This document shows, in pieces, positions 37,265-45,400 of a stretch of 64,000 bases of DNA. Both the position numbers and the translations under genes were made by a program. This DNA is from Desulfobulbaceae bacterium (GTDB lineage Bacteria; Desulfobacterota; Desulfobulbia; Desulfobulbales; SURF-16): assembly GCA_002868945.1 (NCBI GenBank), contig PKTX01000041.1, forward strand, positions 65,407 through 129,406. Reading direction: 5' to 3'. Within the stretch, counting starts at the first letter, position 1. The number at the start of each line of letters is the position of its first letter. The notes under the pieces were generated by a model, which was given only the letters and a program-made list of their open reading frames with translations, did not search any database and was not told the origin of the DNA.

Positions 37265-38395
37265 CTAACTCAGCACGCCGGTGCTGATGGCCTCAAAGAG
37301 GTTGTTGTCAAAGGAGGCCTGCTCGTTTTCCATGATGTCCTGCACGGTGATGTCGAGACTGGCCGCCAGCTCCGCGGCCAGGGGCTGCCAGGCCGCTTCA
37401 CCGCCGCCGATAAAGGCGGTTTTGATCTGGTTGCCTTTGATGACGGCGTTGAAATAGTCACGCGTACGCATCAACTCAAGAGAGACCTGATTTATGTAGG
37501 TGGCCCAGTTCTGGTTGGTGGGCCGCGGCTCTGGCCTGGAGGCGGGAGGCGGGGGAACGTCTGTTTCAGGGGCTGACGCCGCCGTGGCTGAATCATCGCG
37601 GTCCTCCTTGGTGGCAACCAGAAAATTGGCCAGCAGGTCGTCGGAGCTGGGGTCGAACAGAGAGTCGTCCTGGCGGAGCGGGTCTTCTGCCGCCGGCATG
37701 ACCGGTCCGTTGATCTCCTCTTCCGCTCTTTGTCCTTCGGAGGTTGTACTGTTGTCATCCTCTTGGACGGGACGTTTGAGGTTGACGTCGCGGGTCAGGC
37801 TAAGATCCTTGTTGTCATAAATGGCAATGGAAACCGATGCGGGCCACAGAAGGACGATGAGCGAGGCACCGTTATGGGGTAGGCGACGGCGCGACTCCAG
37901 AAAGGCGCAGGCGGAAAAGACATCGGGCTCCAGGGCCACGGGGTTCAGCCTGTAATGGTTCAGGGTGGAGCGCATCTCCTGAAATATCTGCGCCGGAAAG
38001 AGAAAGACATTGAGCTGCAAGGAGTCCTTGAGTTCCTTACTTACCTGCCAGTCGTAGATGAAGTCGGCAAGGGGTGTCTCTATTATCTTGTTGATGTGGT
38101 AGGGCAGGATCTTGGCCACCACCTCCCGCGGCACCTTGTTGATGGTCAGATTCAATACCTCGAATTGGTCCAGGGGCAGTGAGATGGCGACATTGCCCCT
38201 GGGATTGGTGACAGAGGCCATGAGCTGGTGGATGCTTTTGGCCTCAACAGGGGGGCGTTCGCTCCAGCCTAAAGGAGTGGCGGCTGCGGCACCGGTGGGG
38301 GTGATGCCTTTGACGGCCAGCAGGCCGCCCTGGTGGTTACCCACCAGGGCGTAGGTGTTGATTTTTTTGGTAAAAGGCCATGGCATGGGGGTCAC
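37265..38395 (-). CDS. PilM/MshI-like pilus assembly protein
   Basis: Called by position upstream of the PilN-like gene. It has an actin-like fold pattern and an internal acidic, Pro-rich low-complexity insert. Confidence 0.6.
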   Translation of the reverse strand: MTPMPWPFTKKINTYALVGNHQGGLLAVKGITPTGAAAATPLGWSERPPVEAKSIHQLMASVTNPRGNVAISLPLDQFEVLNLTINKVPREVVAKILPYHINKIIETPLADFIYDWQVSKELKDSLQLNVFLFPAQIFQEMRSTLNHYRLNPVALEPDVFSACAFLESRRRLPHNGASLIVLLWPASVSIAIYDNKDLSLTRDVNLKRPVQEDDNSTTSEGQRAEEEINGPVMPAAEDPLRQDDSLFDPSSDDLLANFLVATKEDRDDSATAASAPETDVPPPPASRPEPRPTNQNWATYINQVSLELMRTRDYFNAVIKGNQIKTAFIGGGEAAWQPLAAELAASLDITVQDIMENEQASFDNNLFEAISTGVLS

Positions 38396-39000
38396 TCTCC
38401 TGCCACGTCCGGCATGGCGGGGGGGGCTGGAAAATCAGGCGGCAGTATCTGTTCGGCAATGGCCTGTTGCACGGCCTGCCGGAGGTGCTCGTTGTCCGGG
38501 GCCAGCTCGTATGCCTCCCTGAAAAGGCGGCCGGCCGGAAAGCCAAGATCAAGGCGACTCAGAAGAATAGCCATGTTGAGCAGCGGTTCCGGCTGCTGCG
38601 GCCCCAGTTCGGCGGCCTTGTCAAAATAGTAGAGGGCGCTCCAGAAATCGCCGGTCCGGCTCAGGGCAAGACCTTTCTTATTGTAAAACTCCATCTGCTG
38701 CCGGGGGGAGGCGTGTGCGGGCGGCTCTCCCACCCGGGGAACAGTGGCGGCAGCCTGATCGCCTCCGCTTATGGGGGGGCGCTCCTGCTCCCTGGTCGGC
38801 CTGTCATGGAAAAGTACCTCTTTGAAAGGGGGGAGCTGCAGGCCTGCCGCTATAAGGATGACAAGCACTATTATGGCCAGCAGATAAGGCAGGTACCCCT
38901 TTTTTTGGGCAGCCGCAGCGGTTGAGTCGCTCTGCTCCGGGGGCGAATCAGCCTCCTCCTGTTGCTGGATTTTTTCCAGGGCATCAAACAGCTTACTCAA
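38392..39000 (-). CDS. TPR-repeat pilus biogenesis protein (MshN-like)
   Basis: One transmembrane segment and C-terminal TPR-like repeats (ALYYFDKAAELGP...). Confidence 0.55.
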   Translation of the reverse strand: MSKLFDALEKIQQQEEADSPPEQSDSTAAAAQKKGYLPYLLAIIVLVILIAAGLQLPPFKEVLFHDRPTREQERPPISGGDQAAATVPRVGEPPAHASPRQQMEFYNKKGLALSRTGDFWSALYYFDKAAELGPQQPEPLLNMAILLSRLDLGFPAGRLFREAYELAPDNEHLRQAVQQAIAEQILPPDFPAPPAMPDVAGE

Positions 39001-39066
39001 AAAAGGTCACCTGAAGGGCTGGAAGTGTGTGGGCCGCCTTTGTGTAGTGGCGCCGGGAAAAGGGCT

Positions 39067-39666
39067 CTAAAAGTTGGCGGGCGGCCGGCCGGAGCCATCA
39101 ATATTATCCGTATAGTCGCGGTCATCGTTAATATAGAAGATTGCGCCGATCACCTTACCGTTTGCATCCCGTTCATCCCCAGGATAGTAGGCCCAGCCGG
39201 TGGATTCACTGGCAATACGTGCCGGATTGGTGGCCTCGGCCAGGGAGCGGTCGGCAACACCGGCCGGTCGATCAGCCATGCCTGAGGTCATGTTGGGCAG
39301 ATTGACGCCAGGCAGGGCCTCGTCCGGCACATTGGAGTAATCATTGGAGCGCACCAGGCGCAGATTGCGCAGGGGCTCGGGCCGGGTGGCCAGTACCAGG
39401 GCATTGCGCCGTACCTCTTCCAGGGTGGGCCAGTCCGGGTTATCGCCCGTGGGGCCTGTATTGACGCCGGAGAGCAGGATCTTGGCATGGGCCAGTTCAA
39501 TGCCACCGCGGATGGCGGCCAGTTTGCCTTTTGTGGCAGCGATCTTGGCCTCCTTCTGCATGTCAAGATAATAGGGGATGGCCATGGAGGAGAGCAGGCC
39601 GAGGAGAATGATGACTATGATCATCTCTATGAGGGTGAAACCTCGATCATCGTGGTACAGCTGCAT
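39067..39666 (-). CDS. Type IV pilin / GspG-like pseudopilin
   Basis: MQLYHDDRG/FTLIEMIIVIILLGLLSSMAIPYY prepilin N-terminus, followed by a GspG-like EAKIAATKGKLAAIRGGIELA helix. Confidence 0.8.
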   Translation of the reverse strand: MQLYHDDRGFTLIEMIIVIILLGLLSSMAIPYYLDMQKEAKIAATKGKLAAIRGGIELAHAKILLSGVNTGPTGDNPDWPTLEEVRRNALVLATRPEPLRNLRLVRSNDYSNVPDEALPGVNLPNMTSGMADRPAGVADRSLAEATNPARIASESTGWAYYPGDERDANGKVIGAIFYINDDRDYTDNIDGSGRPPANF

Positions 39667-39758
39667 AGTGCCCCCTTCCAGCTTGGTGGAGTGTGCCTAA
39701 CGTCTTTTAAGTTGGTAAAAATTAAGCACTTTATATCATATTTGTCGAAGAGTCTAAA

Positions 39759-39920
39759 GGCCATCTTGAATAATTGCTCTTTCAGAGTCTGGCAGGCTCG
39801 TTTACCTGGCCGATTTTTTCGTCGCTCCGAAAATAAAAATGCTCAGATCTGCTCGATATGCTTACCTGCCCGTAGGAGATGAGGGAGCCTGCGACACTCC
39901 GAATTATTTCATTGTTGACC
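39759..39920. mobile_element. MITE-like element, B-type left end and decayed right end
   Basis: GGCCATCTTGAATAATTGC and a core that aligns closely to the 5752 copy up to GACACTCCG. The right end AATTATTTCATTGTTGACC is diverged, and no TSD was seen. Confidence 0.7.
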
Positions 39921-39957
39921 ATAGCCTCATGGCCAGTTGCTTGGCAAAAAGTTGTGG

Positions 39958-40473
39958 CTACCGGCTGTATCTGACCTCGATGATGCGACTGACCGTGGCC
40001 CGTGTTGCCGTGGCGCGGATCTTCAGGATATCACCGGCCGGATCAAGGGGGGACGGGCCCACAAGGGTGGTGGTTATATTGTTGATGGTGGGCGTCGCGG
40101 ACCAGCCCGCCGGCCAGTTGCCGCCGCCGTCATCTTCGAGGATGCGCAGCTGGGTCACCGATTCGGCGGCATAGAGGGCCTGGGCCCAGAGATAATCCTC
40201 GGCCGAGGCCTGGGAGGAGATCATGGTATAACGACCAATGAGCACTCCGAACATGGCCACCACCACGATGATAAAGAGGGCGGCAATAAGGCCGATGCCG
40301 TCTTGATTTTGCAGAACCTTACCAGCCCGTTGAAAAACTACTACGCTTACTGACGCGTCGTCAAAATTCGGCTCAAAATGCTCATTTACCCCATGTAAAC
40401 TGTGCTTTTTCGCCTCATTTTTCCTAGCCTCAGTTTCGCTCGCTACCTTTTTCAACGGGCTGTTACGGAACAT
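39958..40473 (-). CDS. PilX/MshP-like minor pilus protein carrying an in-frame MITE insertion
   Basis: The hydrophobic segment QNQDGIGLIAALFIIVVVAMFGVLI has a PilX-type N-terminus. Codons 4-51 after ATG 40473 are contributed by the 140-bp element plus its TSD. Confidence 0.6.
   Translation of the reverse strand: MFRNSPLKKVASETEARKNEAKKHSLHGVNEHFEPNFDDASVSVVVFQRAGKVLQNQDGIGLIAALFIIVVVAMFGVLIGRYTMISSQASAEDYLWAQALYAAESVTQLRILEDDGGGNWPAGWSATPTINNITTTLVGPSPLDPAGDILKIRATATRATVSRIIEVRYSR
40323..40462. mobile_element. MITE-like element, C-type ends
   Basis: A perfect 15-bp TIR (CAGCCCGTTGAAAAA / TTTTTCAACGGGCTG) is flanked by direct TTAC repeats (40319-40322 and 40463-40466). The core shares GGTAGCGAGCGAAAC and other segments with the A- and B-type copies. 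Confidence 0.9.
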
Positions 40474-41293
40474 TGCGCACCTGGATCTCTTTATGGAAGT
40501 CAAGGGTGATGCCATTTCTGTCCAGGGTGAAATTCACCCGGACCATGGCGTTTCTGGTCAGGCTGGCCGGGGTGAATGTAAAGCTGAGGCTGCCGGGCTG
40601 GATATTGGTGAGAAGCGGATAGGCCGTGGCGCTGTCAAGTGCGGCTGTCAGATCGTTACTGGTGGTGACTGTTGCCTGGCTGCGAGACAGGATGCCTGAG
40701 GAGCTGTCGTAATCGTAGCGGATCACTCCCTGCACCGGATAATAGCGTTTGGTGACCGAGTGGCCGCCGATGATGGCTGTACCCAGGTCCATATTGTTGC
40801 CGACTACCTGGGTGACTTGATAAACCTTGCGGTTGCTGATTGACGAAAAGTCATTCCAACGGGTGTTATAAATAGATATGAGCGTATTGAGCGGCAGTGT
40901 ATTGGTGGAGAGGTCCCTGATCCTGGTGGTGGTGCCCACCGGTTGATACAGGCCGGCCAGGCCGTTTGCTGACAGGGCATTGTCATCGATGATGCCGAAG
41001 TTGATGGTTGTTGTCGATGAGGTATCAACGGCATTGGGGACCATATGATGGATCTCGCGTTCCATGCGCATCAGGGCCAGTTTGCCCTCCTCAAAGAGCT
41101 CCATGGCGGTGTCTGTCTCGGCAAAACCCTTGAAGCTGGTGGTGATAACCTCGCTGCCCAGCACCCCTATGATGCCCAGCAGAAGAATGACGGTGATCAG
41201 CTCGATCAGGGTAAAGCCGTGCTCCTTTCTCCTGTCTGACAGGCTGCGACGATACTCGTGGTGGCCGGCAAGGGGACGCCGCTGTCGCTCCAT
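40463..41293 (-). CDS. MshO-like minor prepilin
   Basis: KEHG/FTLIELITVILLLGIIGVLG prepilin motif. The start is ATG 41293 or ATG 41332, giving a 26- or 39-aa leader. Confidence 0.7.
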   Translation of the reverse strand: MERQRRPLAGHHEYRRSLSDRRKEHGFTLIELITVILLLGIIGVLGSEVITTSFKGFAETDTAMELFEEGKLALMRMEREIHHMVPNAVDTSSTTTINFGIIDDNALSANGLAGLYQPVGTTTRIRDLSTNTLPLNTLISIYNTRWNDFSSISNRKVYQVTQVVGNNMDLGTAIIGGHSVTKRYYPVQGVIRYDYDSSSGILSRSQATVTTSNDLTAALDSATAYPLLTNIQPGSLSFTFTPASLTRNAMVRVNFTLDRNGITLDFHKEIQVRNVP

Positions 41294-41319
41294 GGGCGTT
41301 CCGGTGCCATGCCTGTCTC

Positions 41320-41964
41320 TTAAAAATTGCATGTCACCGCCACCAGTTCAAAGGTTTCGCCAAGGGGAGAGGCAACCGTGACAATGATGCGCTTGCTGTC
41401 CGTGGCATTGGCCGCCAGGCTGCCGGCCGAGGCGGTGTCTGCATCAATGGTGAGCTCATTGCTGGCTATATAATCGATACTGACCTGACGGCTGAAATCT
41501 GTCCAGGACCCGGTAAGGGGCGCACCATCCTGATCGTAAAAGGTGTTGCCGGGGCCGCCCGGTTCGGCCAGGCCGTTATAGTCATCCACATCATCCCACT
41601 GGTCGCGGTTGTGGGGGCCGCCGGCCTCGCCATCGAGGCCGAGGGTGGAGGCGTTTCGGGTCGGTTCCGGACAGATGAGGGTATAGGTACTGTTGCCGCG
41701 GCCGGTGCCGCTTTCAGTGCTGCAGATCGGTCCACCGCCATTGGGGGTGTTCTCGTCCCAGCGTTTTGCCAGGATCTCATCCATCATGGCCTGGCCCAGG
41801 CCAATGGCTCGTTCCCGCAGCAGGGGATCAGGGCTGTGGGTCACTGCGCTGAAATAGGGGATGATGATCATGACGGCCACAGCCATGATCATCATGGTGA
41901 TGATCAGCTCTATAAGAGTGAAGCCGCCCTTGTGATGAGGCGTTGCCGTACGTATCATGGGCAT
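41320..41964 (-). CDS. MshD-like minor prepilin
   Basis: HHKGG/FTLIELIITMMIMAVAV prepilin motif. Confidence 0.7.
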   Translation of the reverse strand: MPMIRTATPHHKGGFTLIELIITMMIMAVAVMIIIPYFSAVTHSPDPLLRERAIGLGQAMMDEILAKRWDENTPNGGGPICSTESGTGRGNSTYTLICPEPTRNASTLGLDGEAGGPHNRDQWDDVDDYNGLAEPGGPGNTFYDQDGAPLTGSWTDFSRQVSIDYIASNELTIDADTASAGSLAANATDSKRIIVTVASPLGETFELVAVTCNF

Positions 41965-42473
41965 GTGGCGCCCTCCATGACATAGCCGGTCTGCAGGCAG
42001 ACGGTGAGGTGCTCGCTGCCGGCAATGGTGTATGTCAAGCCGTTGGCGGGAGCGCTGAGGGGCTGTTCGTAATCGGGGGCTGCCGGATCCGCCGTAATGG
42101 GTACGCCCAGGCCGTTAAACCAGAGACCGTCCCCGGCAGTGGGATCGCTGATGGGAATGGTGCCCTCGGCCAGCAGGGCGCGGTTGGTGAAGTCCGCCCC
42201 GGCGTTTTCACCACCGCCGCGCCGGCCAATGGTGTAGGTGGTGGCACTCACGGAAATACCCCAGGCCGTGCTGCCGCCGACAAAACTCCTGGTCATGGCC
42301 TGATGCTGGGCATAACGGATGGCCCGCTTAAACTCCTTGATGGCCGCTTCTTCCTGCATGTCACCCGGCCATTTGGCAGTGGCCGCCACTGCAATAATGC
42401 CGAGCAGAACGATAATGGTGAGTAGTTCAATCAGGGTGAAACCATGTCGGTTGACGAAGTGCCGGGCCATCAT
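41955..42473 (-). CDS. MshC-like minor prepilin
   Basis: MMARHFVNRHG/FTLIELLTIIVLLGIIAVAA. ATG 42473 overlaps the MshQ-like stop (ATGA). Confidence 0.7.
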   Translation of the reverse strand: MMARHFVNRHGFTLIELLTIIVLLGIIAVAATAKWPGDMQEEAAIKEFKRAIRYAQHQAMTRSFVGGSTAWGISVSATTYTIGRRGGGENAGADFTNRALLAEGTIPISDPTAGDGLWFNGLGVPITADPAAPDYEQPLSAPANGLTYTIAGSEHLTVCLQTGYVMEGATCP

Positions 42474-45400
42474 TGCACCACCTCCCGCCAGTTGATGATC
42501 CGGTCGTTGCCACGGTAGATGCCGAAGGTGAACTCCCCACAGGTGAGGTCCGGAGCGCTGCAGTCCGTCTCGCTGAGCCACACTGGAGCGGTGAGGCAGA
42601 CATCAAGCTGTTCGCCTGCCGTGCCGGTGGTGGTGACGGTCAAGGTGGCCCGGCCAGCCGCCAGTGGGTCCGGGTCGATGTTGGTCACCCGTCCGGCCGA
42701 TGGTGCCGAGCAGAAGGCGAGACCGGTGGTACAGTGGTCATCGCTGTTAATACTCCAAGTAGTGCCGTCATAGTAGTGCGCCTCAAAGGGAGAGGCGGTG
42801 ATGTCCTCGGTCTCGGGGCCGAAGTTGTTAAAGATTTGGATTCTGCCGTGTCGCAAGTTGGTGCCGGTGATGCCGGCCTGGCTGAAGCCCTGACAGCCTG
42901 AGCCGGTATCGTGGCAAACCGAGTCGGCATCGGTGAGTTGGAGGGCGTTGATGGCCAGATCAACACTGGCGGCAAAGGGTGCCAGCGGGCTGAGTATGGC
43001 CGGGCGCGCGTAGGTAATGGTGTCGGTAAGGGTGAGTTGGACAGTGCCGTTACAGTCGCTGGTGTCGCCGGTCGCAGGATTGACCGTGCCGGCGGTCGGA
43101 CTCAGACCAAGGCTGTTACCTGATGAGTCTGTGTAGGAGTAGGCCAGGTTCATGGGGGTGGCAAATTTCCAGAAAGCGCCGCAATCGTAATTGCGGGTGA
43201 TGGCCGGCGTGGGTGCGCCGTTCATGGCGCTTATGGTAATAATGGGCGGTGTGGCAAAGGGAAAGGGCTCACCCAGATAGCTGTAATTGCCTACCACGCA
43301 GGCATCGGTGAAAGTGGGAGGGGCCGGGTTGATGCTGACGACAAAATGGTCGGGCCGAAAGCGGCCGATATAGGGTGAACAGAGCTCCATCGGCTCACCC
43401 AGGAAGCCGCCGCTGACGTTCTCATTCAACTGCACGATACCAACTTCGGGATAAGCGCTATCATTGACGGTAACACTCGCGTCGGCGGCGGCAAAGGTTA
43501 CATCACCACTGGCGTAGCTCAAGCCGGGATCATTAGCGGCGGCGGGCAGTACCAGGGCGGCGGCTGGTTGGCCGATGTTCCAGGCCGGCACCCGGGCCAA
43601 AGGGAGGCCGGGGTCGGTTAAGGTTGAGCTGCCGCAATCGTCCCACACTCCGTCGCTGTCGGAATCCCGCCCCGCTGTCCAGCGCAGGCTTGTGAAGGTA
43701 AGGGAAAAGGCCTCGCCCGCCTTCTTGAACACGCCACCGTCGGCGTCCTGCGCCTTGGGATTGCCGGCGGCATCGGCAAAGAGGGCCAGGGGGCGGACGA
43801 CAAAATCGTTACTGGTGTCAGTGGCAGGGATGGTGTCGCCGGTGGGGACCCCGGCGGCGTCGGTGACCGGGATGTCGAGGTCAATGCGCAGGCTGTAGCG
43901 GCCCGCATCCGTCCAGGTGGAGTTGAACGGGGCGGTACCGTTGCCGTCAAAGGCCAGCTCCACGGTGGCGCCGTTGCCGGCGCTGCTCAGATCCGCACTG
44001 GTGTTGCCGGCGATGGTGATGGTGTTGTCAGCCAGCCCTTGGTCTGCTATCGGTACCAGATACTGGAACGTGGCATCAAGGGTCTCGTTGCTGACTCCGG
44101 CAATGCAGGCACCTGTCTGGTCGTCCGTGCGCACCACCCGAATCCGCTGCAGGAGCGCGGGGCTCGGCGGCGCTACATTGGAGGGCTTACCGGCGATCTG
44201 GGTAGTGAAGGGGCTCGCGGCGTCAGCGTCGTTGTCGTTGCCATCGATGAGCACCCCCACTTCGGAAAAAAACAGCTGACAAGCAGCGCCACCCCCATTG
44301 TTGAGGCATATCGTGTCGTTGTCCGCTATGGGTGAGGTGGCCACGGCAGCAAGGGTAATCGTTTCCGCCGTGGTATGGTGTAAATCGACGGTGGTGGAGC
44401 CACCGTCGAAGGTGACAGGGTCTGGACTCCAGCCCGAGACTGGGGAAGTCAGATCAACAGTCACTTCGCCGGTGTAGGTCACAGTGCAGTCGGCGTCGGC
44501 GCAGGCCAGGATGGTAACCCTCTCGGCCATGCAGGTGATGCCCGTGCCGTCGTGTTCAAGACGGATGTGATCCAGTGGGGTGCTTGGGCCGCCGCAGAAG
44601 CCGCGATGGTCGACGTTTTCCACGGCGGAAGCGTCGTAGGCAAGTTCGCCGAGCCAGAGAATGTCGCCGCCTGCAGCGATGGTCCCTGTGGCGTTTAGGT
44701 TGTTGGTGGTCACGTCACCGGTGGTGTAGATCAGCGCATTGAGGGTTCCGCTGTTGCCGTTGTTAAAGGTGAGGTTGTCGTAGCCGACAATGAGCAGGTC
44801 TTCCGGGGCTCCATCCTTGTTGACATCGGCATGCCAACTGAATTCCACGTCATTGCCGATGAACAACCGTGCCGTGCCGCTGCCGACCACCTCGATAACG
44901 TTGCGGCTGCTGTTGAACTCCAGGTTCTCGATCCAGTAATCTACCCCGCCGCGCAGTACCAGCTCGTCGCGCCAGTTGAGCCTGAGCGTCCGGATTCGAT
45001 AGACCTGTTGCGCGCCGCCGTCACTGATGGTGCCGTGTCCGCCGCCGGTGATGTCGCGGTAGTCGCTGACGCCGCCGCTGCCCAGGGTGTAGTCCTCTTG
45101 CCAGCCGAGGCTGATGTCGGTGTTCCCGCTACTGTGTTGAAAGGAGGGCATTTCAGGCTGGGCGGCGGGGAAACCGGAGGCGGTGCAGTCGCTGCTACCA
45201 CAGGTGTCAGCGCCCCAAGGGTTGAAATCGATGGTGTTGGCGGTTTCCAGGATATTATCGGGGTCACTCACCTGGGCATTCCAACCAAACTCGATGGTAC
45301 CCGCCGCTGTGCTGTTCTGCAGGGCGCTGGGGAAGATGGCGGCGCAGCTCCCGGACTCCGGTGGCAGACAGCTACGGGCGCTGCCATCCCAGTTGAACCC

